Shown in pieces: positions 11,201-22,300 of a stretch of 47,991 bases of DNA. The notes under the pieces were generated by a model. That model saw nothing but the letters and a program-made list of their open reading frames with translations. It made no database searches and had not been told where the DNA came from. The stretch is taken from positions 1 to 47,991 of the forward strand of contig JAUCBJ010000464.1 of NCBI GenBank assembly GCA_032718475.1, read 5' to 3'. Both the position numbers and the translations under genes were made by a program. The stretch comes from Nemertoderma westbladi (lineage: Eukaryota > Animalia > Xenacoelomorpha). The number at the start of each line of letters is the position of its first letter. Position 1 is the stretch's first letter.

Positions 11201-12548
11201 CGGCTGCTTTACTTTTCGCTTCTGCCTCTGCCGCTGCTGCTTTTCTTTCCATTTCGGCTGCTTTACTTTTCGCTTCTGCCTCTGCCGCTGCTGCTTTTCT
11301 TTCCATTTCGGCTGCTTTACTTTCCTCTTCGGCTGCTTTCCTTTCCGCTTCGGCAGTTGCTACTGCTGCTTTCTTTCTGTCTTCTATACGTTTTTTCTTT
11401 ACTTGTTCTTCTTGGACTCGTGTGATGCGGAGTTGTTCATCAAATTTAGCCTGGTTCGCAGCCCTCATTTCCACATCGATGGCATCCAACACACGCTGAG
11501 TTCCTTCACTATTAGGGCTAAGTCCATCTAACCTTCTCCTCAACTCCTCATCACCTAAAAAACGTTGATAGTCTGACAGATAGATGTCAATGGCATCCCT
11601 CTTATGCGGCTTCTCTGCCGTCGCTTCACTTTCCACTTGGGAAAAAGTAGCGTCTGTTGATTCTCCATGGGTTGAGCGCTCCTCCAGCTGAGCTTTCCAC
11701 TGAGCTGTTCCTTGAACCTGGAGATTCACCCGTTGAAACCAAGTCTTTACGGCAACTTGCAACGACGTGTCTTGTCTTCTTTTAGAAGCCTCTTCAAAGG
11801 CTGATAATATTAGCCTGATTCGCAGAATTCTTTCTCTAACTTGATAAAGCAGTTGTCCCTGCTCTTGAGGTCCTTGAGGTTGTTGGAACAGTTGTTCTTT
11901 TACTCGCTCCATAGAGCTGAAAAATCCCTGTGCGTATCCGGCTGCGGACCTCTTCCACACAGCTGGATCGATGGTTTCCTTGGCTACTCCCATCCGGTGT
12001 ATGTCTTCCCAGGCAGCTTCTGATAAATCAAACGGGAGTCCGGGTCCGGGGAAGTTCCATTGCGACTCAACAATAGACTTCAGTTCTTCCTTTGTGTATC
12101 CCGCATAACTATCTTTAGTTGATCGCTGACTTCTCGCCCAATCGATCTGGTGTTCTCCCACCGCGATCAATATCCTAGTGAGTACGGCTGCAGGCAGGAT
12201 GAGAAGGGGATCCGAATAAACCGCATCCGTCATCTTTGCTCTGCGCTCGGGTGTCAGCTCTACAGTATTTTCACTACTGGAGCTGTCGGGCCGCTGAGAA
12301 ATAAGTTCTTGGCTCGCGGGTTGTTGCTGTTCCGCTGCTTCTTGGTCCCGCTTGACCTGAGCTCGAGTGCCTATGATAGACCTATGGTGTTGGACCAGCC
12401 TAGGTTCTGATATTACTACTGGAGGGATGACCTTCCTCACAGTGGGAGGTGAACTGAACTTAGGACTAGACGGTTCTACACCTCTATCTGAGTCGCAGAT
12501 AGTTACATCTAATAAACTGTCTGACAGGTTCTGCTTAGTATCAGACAT
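8256..12548 (-). CDS. gag: Bel/Pao Gag-protease polyprotein (about 1430 aa from first ATG, MSDTKQ)
   Basis: DUF1759-like capsid region (FNGDEMKWLPF...EKLRFL...TLNIRYG); three Bel/Pao zinc knuckles (CVLCDGPH, CYNCLRRGH, CAKCGAKHHILLH); aspartic protease ALLDSGS; uninterrupted ORF. Confidence 0.93.
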   Translation of the reverse strand: MSDTKQNLSDSLLDVTICDSDRGVEPSSPKFSSPPTVRKVIPPVVISEPRLVQHHRSIIGTRAQVKRDQEAAEQQQPASQELISQRPDSSSSENTVELTPERRAKMTDAVYSDPLLILPAAVLTRILIAVGEHQIDWARSQRSTKDSYAGYTKEELKSIVESQWNFPGPGLPFDLSEAAWEDIHRMGVAKETIDPAVWKRSAAGYAQGFFSSMERVKEQLFQQPQGPQEQGQLLYQVRERILRIRLILSAFEEASKRRQDTSLQVAVKTWFQRVNLQVQGTAQWKAQLEERSTHGESTDATFSQVESEATAEKPHKRDAIDIYLSDYQRFLGDEELRRRLDGLSPNSEGTQRVLDAIDVEMRAANQAKFDEQLRITRVQEEQVKKKRIEDRKKAAVATAEAERKAAEEESKAAEMERKAAAAEAEAKSKAAEMERKAAAAEAEAKSKAAEMERKAAAAEAEAKRKAAEMERKAAMAAAEAERVAAEEIAQLELENIQENQDCINKQLTASNMQMMNRSTPKRQGYTSSEEGDTTDTEGKGNRSRLSRRKRTSHRQKLPDLPPAVRRQLNNTNLGSTEPTDQIITIERLPTIVDEPEIIRPVLEITPSVIETPVLPEPTSKFPLHSTKLPVPSRTAHETVHALDSERNIQDLSPVVPRPPATTLANPASAVEWVDERRRGMDLLLGQMQETVQQFKGTVRESRLELQEVQQSIVLERDKLVNTQKGIPPPPVTMCQPVRSEVSHAQGVEPTRIYTASEVETPIVNPIKSNYRPVDNDIPYRPDHNPRNLYTDNSILNNTMAQESFTRQMARTEARQAVKVGEIVKFNGDEMKWLPFNEYYKDNIQNSVLSNGEKLRFLIECLEGSPKLMALKFIGHPDGLRQVWDTLNIRYGNRNNIARYLYAKLMAPRKFLSSGIIEFSDEIQEICRQLDWLGKSHEYQNSMVVGALASTLPKGGVGTRWDKKVLYMMEQQRRDPTMADLMSFLDGEVKLQLLRQSREKTLENKVSEKPVSRRRVTPVCYTDDGESQTSQGEDSGKDTERSYYVNKTPKDQVTKFKSRTNDRREQVRKTPPTSPKRIQVRKPEERTNVHHTAHVKVSNIKPKCVLCDGPHRLSACDEFLGKSLKDRREIMWDKRLCYNCLRRGHQRRTCYSDVRCAKCGAKHHILLHTEFERNSPSQVSESELYVQFSDVNDTDQYSEMEGFYTDEFSDENESCYLTNTAVYRALTYEKDTDSEPPLTTSDRQPSWKAPPSNVGIREFPVVQVRVHGPKRSYVVNALLDSGSTGTFIDKELAEDIFAGQPKFRTKLNMSGIMQVWKSTVIADYYVGALSTPQDELGEHSIRSVKMLAIKNFATSQVEPYNWDEDDFTQQFEIPRFNTDYPGVQILIGPNAHEALETLEKRPAQPQPLQVYAGRTRVGWYFTGPSRRTLME
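11110..11350 (-). repeat. Coding 54-bp tandem repeat (KAAEMERKAAAAEAEAKS, about 4 copies) in Gag
   Basis: Seen directly in both DNA and translation. Confidence 0.9.
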
Positions 12549-13887
12549 ATTTGTGTGCACAGTTGAATGCCTACTGTTATATTATAGCCTAAGCAAGACT
12601 AGTAATTCAGTATTAACTGCTAGCCTAGTAATTAATTACCGATACTGCTACTCAGTGTAGCGTGATATATATATAATATTAGAATACCGGTATGCTTATA
12701 GTATATATAAGTATTATTAGTAACTAGAATTAATTACAGAATACCGATATGATTTCAGCCTAAGTTTATATATATAATAGGCCTATCTTGAATACCGGTA
12801 TACAGCTTACACTTATGATGTGTATATATAAGTATAATTACAGACTAGAATTAATTACAGAATACCGGTATAATTTCAACCTATATTTATAAATATAATA
12901 GGCCTATCGTAAATACCGGTATACCAATTATTTTAGAATAATTGAATTTCTGAATTTTAAGGGTTACTTGGTTACTTTAACTTACTTTATTGCCGTTATT
13001 TAAGCAGTAGTCCAACTGATATTGAGACCTAATTGTTATATGGCAGGCCTACTATTTATAAATCGTTTGAGTTGATTTATAATATATATATACCCGTTTA
13101 ATGGGTTTTGTCAATGTTTGAAATAAATGTTATTATTTCTGGGGGAGTCACTACACATAAGCTGTCCGCTCTCAGTGGAGTGCTACTTGTTAGACACTAA
13201 AACAAATAATTCTAATTTACCTAAGTTACTTATACTACAAATTACGTACAATTCGGGTTGAGATTACAATCTCTAAATAAACACAAAAATTTAATTACAA
13301 ATACACAAATACGAATTTTTTAGGGTAATTTTACAAGAAGTCTACTAACCAGCCTAACAAAGGGTTAGAATATCTGGTTATTACAACGGACAGGTTACTA
13401 CGGTATTTGAAAATAATAAGTAGTAGTAAATATATTGCGCTGTCCAGATAGGAAAATACCACCGTCTGACGACCTATAGCCGTATCGCTATAGGTACTAC
13501 GTTATGTATCACGGAGTGTTCCTACCTAGAGATTAATTTCCGCGGTCTACCAGAACCAACGTGCCTATTAACCACTTTACAACACAAATATACTGCCTAC
13601 ACACTAATCACCTTCGGAAAGTACTGTACACTAAACCCTAAATTAGGTACAAGTACTTGTATAACAAATAATTAGTAGTTAAAAATACTTGAACAGCTAA
13701 AAGAACCACGGTATCTGCCGGAGTGACCAAAGCACAAAATCTCCAGTCTTTACCTACGCCGAGCAGCCCTGATGTAGTACCGGGGTTAGTTTAACTATAA
13801 CGGTATGCATAACAAGCACAATTACTGTAGGAATAAACTTGGGGATATGAATGTTGCGAATAATCGCATAAACTCTGAATAATAAAT

Positions 13888-14455
13888 ATTACGCTACGCG
13901 TACAAACCACTCAAACAAAATGCAGACCAAATACTGACCGACTACTATCAAGCCTAAACAAACTACGGTATATGCAGACTCCGAAATGATTAGTTAGTAT
14001 GCGTTCTAACCCAGTAGTACGACTTATTCTTTCACAGGGGGTTTACCTCACAGCACTTGAAGCCCCTACTTTCCTAACTTAGCACTTTATCGGACAGATG
14101 CTCTACACACACCGAAATTTCCTCAAACCCAACAACAGCCAGACAACTATCCAGCCTACAAATTATCTAAATAAAATTATACGCTACCCGTACAGACTAC
14201 ACAAACAAAGTACAGACCAAACGCTGGCGGACTCCTATCAAGCCTAAATAAACCACAGGACATGCAGACTCTGAAATGGTTAAGTAGTATGCGTTCTAAC
14301 CCAGTAGTACGACTTATTCTTTAGATGGGGGTTTACCTTACAGCTATGGCTGCCCCTACTTCCTAACCGTTCTTTATCTGACATACACTCTACATGCACT
14401 GCAATCCGTTCAGACCTAATCAACAGTTAGCCAACAGTCAAGCCTACAAATTATC
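13888..14455. repeat. Tandem duplication (about 285 bp x2) in the Bel/Pao leader, copy B
   Basis: Homologous to 1092-1655. Confidence 0.8.
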
Positions 14456-14725
14456 TGTACAATCTGAGCAGGCTTACACGCCTTCTGCTCAATACTGGCC
14501 TACAAATAAATAAAACTGACAGAAATAAGTAAGCTCCAAAAGAAACAAGGGGTGTACAGTCCCTAATCTCTTAAACAGCCTACCGGTATACAATACCACA
14601 ATCGAATAATACTGCTGTACCTGTACTACTGTAGGTACCGGTCCGGATGATCAGGCAGTCAGGCCTACTGGTTACCGGTCGACCGGTACTTTCGACTAGA
14701 TTGCTTACACCGCAATCCAGAAGCA

Positions 14726-14736
14726 ATATCTGTTAT
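14726..14736 (-). promoter_or_regulatory. Non-tRNA primer-binding-site position of copy B (ATAACAGATAT), complementary to LTR-internal 15459-15469
   Basis: Plus strand ATATCTGTTAT abuts the LTR edge at 14737 and is the exact reverse complement of ATAACAGATAT at 15459-15469 (4147-4157 in the 3' LTR). Confidence 0.65.
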
Positions 14737-15902
14737 TGTTTGCGCTTTTAAGACCTTTGACAGTTTAACCTGCCAAATTGGGATGTCTTTTAGATGATAT
14801 ATAGTCTTTAGCCTATGACGAGTATTTGATACACTACATTAGCCGAAGCCAGTCTATGCGCAATCATTCACCCGCTGGATATACCCGGGAGACTGAATTC
14901 GGAAGCTTAATGATTGATGGTGTAAGCCTACTGTATTATTCGACTGATCGTAATATATAATCTCTGACAAATATTATTCACTTTCGGGAAATATTAACAG
15001 TTCCTTTAGGAAGTGGCGCTCTAATTATGTAAACAGAGTTATGACTTAAACCAGACGCAATGAGATGGCTATAGATTCACGTATATGGCGCATTCTTTAG
15101 GAGATGCTTTGTTATCAGTTACAATCATACACAATGCTGCACAATGCTGCACACCAATCTGCCGACCTTCACTAATTTTAGTCACATACAAAGAGAATAA
15201 CAGACAATACATGTAGGGCCTATAAAATAGCATTAGATTCACTTCAAACCACTTAACATAGGTCGCAATCGTTTATCTGTAACCGGTCTCTCTAACCTTT
15301 AGTATATCAAGAAGGTTGGGTGTCTGACTATTGATCAGTATTCCAAATATAATCTTCCATCAACAAATATAATGAATAACCGACAGCAAAAGCAGTAATG
15401 TTAAGTAAGATATGCATGATATGTTTAGTAAGCATTGATAAAGTAACTCGTTAACTCGATAACAGATATACGTTCTATAATTAAGCCTACTAATGTAAGA
15501 CTAAAGACTGAAACACGGAGGTGCCAAAAGCCGGTGTTCTTAGGCTCTGGGCAAAAACATAACACTGAATTCCTGAGTTTCTGTATCCACCTCCAACACA
15601 GAGACAAAAAACGCTCTGATTGGTCGACCGAACAACGAGAGAACAAAGAAACAAAGAAATGTCGACGTGGCAATATCAGCTGTTAGCCGTCGTCATGGTA
15701 GCGACACTGTTTTCAAGAGTATCGAGCTTATTGCGTCCCGAAATTGCGGATTATGTCCTCTAAAGTACAAATACAGAAGAAATGGCTTTTATGTCCTCTA
15801 AAACATCAGTACAGTAAGGACACGGCCTTTTTATGCCCAGTAAACCAACTACAGAGTACTTTACGGGGAAAATAACCGGCTAATTACGCAAAAGCTTTTA
15901 CA
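14737..15902 (-). repeat. 5' LTR of Bel/Pao copy B (1166 bp)
   Basis: TG...CA ends, followed by TSD ATTTG; direct repeat of 3435-4581. Confidence 0.95.
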
Positions 15903-17049
15903 ATTTGCTTCACCTCAATAAACTCTCTTTTATTCTTGCGCTCCCTCAATTTCTTGTCTATCAGTCAAAATACTTGATTTAATAAACTTAATATTATTAT
16001 AATAAACGTAATTATCGTTCTGCCTGTCTACGTCTGCCTATACTGTATATAGAGTATGCGCTTTCGAATGGTAAATATTATGAATCTACCTTACCTTACC
16101 ATACAGCCATAGCAAATGGTTGTTATGATAGGTGACTTGCAAAAAGAATGCACCTACTTCCACTATATCGACGGGTTTCCTGAGTAATTACTAAATTATT
16201 TTTAATTGTTTAATTACCGGGACCGGTAAAGGCGGTAAGCTACGAATTGAATTGAATACGTCGGTAGATAATCTACTGACGTATTCATTTAATATAAAAC
16301 TAAGCTACGGAATTCTGGAATTCGAATTCCCACTTGAACCACTCATTCTTCAACTTGTAGGTTTAGGCAACAAAACTTCAGAGATTATTTTACACGTATC
16401 GGCGTCACTTCCCCAAACAGCCAAAGAAAGTAATAAAGTCAGTGTAAAAAGTCAGTGTAATTTGTTAATGACATCTCTTTCAGTCTGTACTGCCAATAAG
16501 AGTGCAGTATTTAGAATGCTGGAATGGAACTAGAGACGGGCCTAGTGGCCCGTGAAGCAAGTCGTAGGAGACAGTACGAGTCAAGTAAAAGCTTTTTGTT
16601 CTTTCTGATTGGGCGTAGTCCCGGTGGTGCACGAGAGATTTTCTAGACAACTTCAAACTATATACTTATTATGTTGTAATCATCTAATGAATTATAAAAG
16701 CTGTTGTGATTATAGAAGATAGAGAGCGGTTAGAGAAATGGTTATTTTATTATATCGGATAGAGCAGTCGGAGTCTCAGAGAGGAGTCAAAGTGTCAATT
16801 GATTAATAATACTAACAGCAGTTGTCATGAATTCAATACAATCGTGCCAAAGAAGTAATGTGGCAAATTCGTTCTTATTTTTGTAAATAAAACAAGTTGA
16901 GATGTTTCAATGTAAACCGCGATTAACAATTTACAGTGCTGTTAAATGTAATATTTTTAACGATATTTTTAATTATTACAACAATTTATATTATTGTTTT
17001 AACAGAGTACATTTCAGATAGAGTACTGGGATAGCGTGACCGAGTAAAC

Positions 17050-17651
17050 ACACGTTCGTGGGGACTTCGCGCAGCACGTAGTCGGCAAGCCTTGGCTACG
17101 GTTCATATAGAGCAAATGGGGCATGTCTAGTTTGGACCCCATATCCCATGCTATAAATGTATTCATTCGATATACAATCATATGTTAATCCGCTAGGTGG
17201 TGTCAAATTGTTATTCTGCAATTTCGTACTTACCAGTGCAGCACTGTACAGCAGTACCGTACCGGTAGGCCTATGTCATTACTTCTGAGTCTCTAGCGGA
17301 TCCCCAATTAAATGTCTTAACTTTTCAATTTCGTAAAAGATAGACTTCATGATTCTCTACAGGCCACCAAAATTTCAGCTCAGGAAAATGAGGCCTTCCC
17401 GAGAAATTTAACATTTTCTAAAAACCACATAATCTGTCGTAGCTGACGTTAGACTGCATGATTTTTCACCAAACTTTGCAAACTTTCTAAACTTTCTCTC
17501 TACTACTTACCAACTAAGTTTGGTTCAATTCCGAACCAGCGATGCAGAGATATTCGCGTTCAAACATTTACCAGACAGACAGACGGACATGCCCCATTTG
17601 CCCTATATGAACCGTATGCCAAGGCTCGCCGACTACGTGTCTCGCCCCACA
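17050..17651. mobile_element. Non-autonomous element with roughly 55-bp subterminal inverted repeats (MITE or DINE-1/HINE-like)
   Basis: CACGTAGTCGGCAAGCCTTGGC...GGGGCATGTC (17075-17128) is inverted at 17586-17639; (CAGA)n-CGGACATG core typical of Helentron-associated repeats; outer motifs recur at 32085 and 35029-35045. Confidence 0.65.
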
Positions 17652-19344
17652 ACCCTTACTAAACTTGGCAAGTAATATGCTTTTCTGCAGTTTGGGCCTA
17701 TTCAATATAGCATTCATTCACTAGGCCCTCTCTATCATTTCTTTTTCATGAGCACACCATCTGGTGTTTCTATTATTGAGTCTATGGCAATTTTCGTGTT
17801 ATGGGGCTATTTTTCGAAATAAAGCAAGTCGAGATGTTTCAATTTAAACCGCGATTTCACAAGTACCCATAGAAATCTATTTTCATGGTTCATGCAAAAT
17901 TTCATCAAAATCGTTTAAAGCCGTTTTTGCTCTAGGTCAGTAGATGCATAGGTAGTAGCCTGTAGCCAGTAGCTTTTTTTTCTTACAGTATAATCAAGTC
18001 TTACGACTTGCTAATTATCTGTGATTGTTGTTATCTGTCCTGGTGTACCGCACAGCCGTACTCGAACCTACTTCCATATATTGCACATATAGGCATATTG
18101 TGTATTGTAGTATTGACCTGCTGACAATCAGTTGGTATCTGCCATTATTATACTGTATTACAGTATTATACTGTACAGTGCACATATAATTATTATTATT
18201 ATTATAATTAATTAAATTAATAATATTACATCATGTTATTTTGATTCATGTTTGCCAGTTTGCATACACAACAGTACGAGTATACAGTATAGGGCAGTAG
18301 GGGACTGTCGAGGCGTTTATGGGAGGCTAACCTGAAGATGCCTAGTAAGCCGTTATGTAGTTCTAATGAGTGTTATCAAAGCCTCGGTATACCTGCCGCA
18401 TATAGCAGGAACACTCACAAAAGTGTGGGGGTATATATATATTATCTAATATATACATCTTAACGAGATCTAGAATTAGTTACTGTAAGTATAAGGCCTC
18501 AGCACTTACAAACTGCTTCAAAGGGGTACGATAGTTACGTGTAAACCGTTCCGTTATATTGTGTTGTTGGCTAGTAAATGTACGTATGACTTACACATAT
18601 CACAGGTAGGACGCTACTTTGCCTAGTGCGTGGTAAGCGCACGATTTACTCGAATCACTTGCATCGGTGGTAAATAATAGTTACTAGTTGGGAATAATAT
18701 AACAATACTGTGGACTCATACATTCGCATTAAATGAACCGAGTCTTATTACTGACAGGGCGCACTTACGTTTATCGTGTGGAAATCAAGTTGGTTTGATC
18801 TTTAGTCCAATATATTCATCAACAAGTAGTGCAAATATAATAGATTGCAAATGATTAGTTGTTAATGCAAGCAATTAGTTGTTAATACAAGTGATAGGCT
18901 ATAAAATCGATGTAAATTACCTTAAGATGTTATTAAGGTTAAGCCCTGCCTTAGCGAGGCTAACAGCAGTTATATATGAATACACAATGTTCGGTAAAAA
19001 TAGAACAGCCAATAAGACGCAAGAATACCCGCTATATAGAATATTCGGTAGCTACCAATGAGAGTTCAGCAACACTACAACCGTTGTTAGGCAACAATAT
19101 AAACAACCTTATGGGCTATTCAATACGTTCGAAGTACAAATATTATATGCACTGAAACCGAATAATAACCCGATGAAAATATAAGATTTCTGTATACAGT
19201 TAGCATTGGCAGCAAAAGGGACGATCGGAGATATTTACACTACCGGAAGAGGTACGTCATCTCATCCTCGATAGGACGAATATATTATACGGATCGGATA
19301 ATACGAAGGACATCAACGAATCCATGAGTGGATACATAGGCTGA

Positions 19345-22300
19345 TAGGTGCAACGACTATTCCACAGTAATAGTTGGTGATTTTAACTGGCCTGACAACA
19401 GTTTTCCTAACTGTAATGTATATAGTGATTTTAATTATTTTTTATTGCGTTGCGACCTAACTCAATTTGTCAATTTTCCAACAAGGTACCAAAACACTTT
19501 AGACTTATTGTTATGTAATGATGACGACTTTGTATCTAATACTATGAGTTTACCTAATTTTGATACCAGCGACCATTCATCGTTTAGTTTCGTTGTCAAT
19601 GAAACTAGTGTCAGTGCAGAACCAGACACTGAAGTTTATTGCTTCCGGAAAATGAATGTGAATGGTATCAAAACCTATTTAGAAGAAGTTGATTGGTCTG
19701 CTCTTTTTAATAATTGTGATGATGTTCAGTCATGTCTCGATATTTTTAATTCTGAAATATCTTCTGCTTTTGATACCTTTGTGCCAAAATACTTTCGTAA
19801 TACCAAACCGCGTAGGTACCCACTGCATATTAGAAAAACCCAAGCCAGGAAACGTCGTTATTGGAAACGGCGACATTCTGGACCTGATGGAATGAAAAGT
19901 TCCGGCAAGAAAACGCCACATGCTCAGAACACTTGCATAACTTTCGCCGGAAATAAGAGCATAATATCTTACATAGCGGTGACCGGAATGCATTTTATAA
20001 ACATGTTTATAAGAAACGTAACACTTTTAATTCTGTTGCTCCACTGAAATATAACGGCGTACTCTAATTTATTCTGAAAATGATAAATGTAAATGTTTAT
20101 TGGAGCAGTATTCTTCTGTAGGAGTTTCCGACAATACTACTACTACTAGGATCGGCATGCTGCATTGCAGCTGCATTTTTAAGAATGCTGTGCCGGCTTG
20201 TCAACAAAATTGCACCGCCACAACTCCCTATCACCCATGACATTTGCTAGATCATCCGCATCTTCAAGGCCAGTTTCCTTTAAGATTCGTCTCAAGAAAG
20301 TCATGGGCTGTCCACCATGCTTATTCACTCCATGAGGCTGCCAAAGTACAAGATTATGCACTGGCTGGTCCTCACGGCGAAAGCAATGTCCTGCAAAGCG
20401 GAGGCGATTTTGTTCTAGTGTCAAGCTTGGGGGAACCAATGAGACACCTCCAATGTTATATACAGTAGTGTCTGGTTGGAGATGTGTGCATTGTACTTGA
20501 CACAATGAACCCGGCGTAGCATTCTTGTGAATGTGCCATCCAGAGATTTGGTGTCCTCAGCAGTTAGAGCCCAGCAAGGACTCCCGTAGAGGAGTACTGG
20601 AACTACTGCTGCTCTAAATAATCGGACCTTAACTTTCCGATTAATTCTCGGTGACTTCCAAATCCTGGAAAGCCTATTCAAGGCTGCCCATGCCTTTCCC
20701 TTACGTATTCGAAGCGTATACGTACCATTGTTTCCGACAATGGTTTTTGTCCATCTCTAGTTTGTCCATCACTGATTGCACATTTTCTAATATTAAATTT
20801 AACACAAAAGGTTTTGAAGGCAATGTGTAAATTACAACTTAAATATAGCCACTGTCTTAATGGTGTTCCTGTAGCTGTGCTAATAACGAACTTGCTATGC
20901 CACTCGCACACATTTTTAATTTATCTGTTACGACTGGTCAGGTACCTTCAATGTGGAAATGTGCTGACGTAATACCTTGCTATATGAAAGGAGACCATTC
21001 ACTGGGTGAAAACTATAGACCTATATCACTTACTTCGTCAGTGTGTAGATTATTCGAACGTTTGTTAGTATCAGAAGTTATTGATTATCTGTGCAATAAT
21101 AAACTACTTTCCCCAGTTCAATACGGTTTTCTTAGTAAACGTAGTGCTGTTTGTTTCACAGTTGCTTGATTGTACTAGTAACTGGTCACGTGCAATTAAC
21201 GACCGGTTATTTACAGATATCGTTTATATAGATTACGCGAAAGCGTTTGATACTGTTGGTACTCATAAATTATTGTCTAAACTACAATGTTTTGGTATTA
21301 GCGGAAATGTTTTGTTATGGTTAACTAATTTCCTTACAAATAGGCAGCAACGAGTAAAATTAGGAAATAGCTATTCATCCAACATGGCAGATAAATCTGG
21401 TGTACCACAAGGTTCGTGTATCGGGCCACTTATGTTTATTTTATACATAAATGATTTACCTGATATATTTTCTTCATAATACATTTAAAACCCGTTTATA
21501 TGCTGATGACACTAAACTTTTTTCCAGTTTCGATTCACCTGGTGGTCGATATAGATTACAGGCAGATTTAGACGCCTTTTCTGATTGGTCAGATGTATGG
21601 CAACTTAATGTGTCCAAGCATAAATGTAAAGTTCTTACCGTAGGAACTTCTAATGTACCAGATGCAGTGTATTCAATCAATAACTACATATGCACTTGAA
21701 AATGTGTCATCTTTCCGTGATTTAGGAGTAGAAGTTGATAGTAAGTTATATTTTGCAAATCACATTGATTTAATAACTAAAAAGTGCTATAAAGTAATTA
21801 ATTGTTTATTTAGGTGTTTTTCTACTAACAACTGTGGAGCTATTTTATTTGCCTATAAAGTGTACGCAAGGCCACGTTTAGAATATGGTAGTGCAATATG
21901 GAACCCTTTTTGTAATTCAAAATCTTTTCTTGGCCTAACAGACAAGCTTGAGTCGGTCCAAAGATATTATACCCGTAGGTTATTCCACCGGTGCTATTTC
22001 GATACTGATGCTTGTTACCTAAGAAGGCTAACAATTTTGAAATTACAATCACTAGAACTTAGACGAGTGCATATTGACCTAATTACTGTTTTTAAAATAC
22101 TCAATGGTTTTATTTCACTGCAGTAGAATCTAATAATTTATTTGTAAATGTAAATTCATCTTCAATAAGACTGAGGGGGCACCCTTACAAATTGCAGCAG
22201 GGACATTGGAGAACTGTTGCGGTGCAGAACTCATTTACAAATCGTGTTGTGACTGTTTGGAACAATCTACCTTACGTTGCAGTAACTGCCCCCTCAGTTG

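Larger units (their letters stand above)
3435..15902 (-). mobile_element. Full-length non-autonomous Bel/Pao LTR retrotransposon (copy B), Gag-protease only
   Basis: Two near-identical LTRs with TG...CA ends; 5-bp TSD ATTTG at 3430-3434 and 15903-15907; Bel/Pao-type Gag and protease; no RT or integrase core between the LTRs. Confidence 0.95.

Noticed and set aside
11079-11531. Cys/Phe-rich and Leu/Pro-rich plus-strand ORFs
   Set aside because: Antisense shadows of the Gag 54-bp repeat.
18350-19340. Possible solo LTR or other insertion upstream of the CR1 fragment
   Set aside because: No convincing paired TG...CA ends, TSD or second copy in the window.
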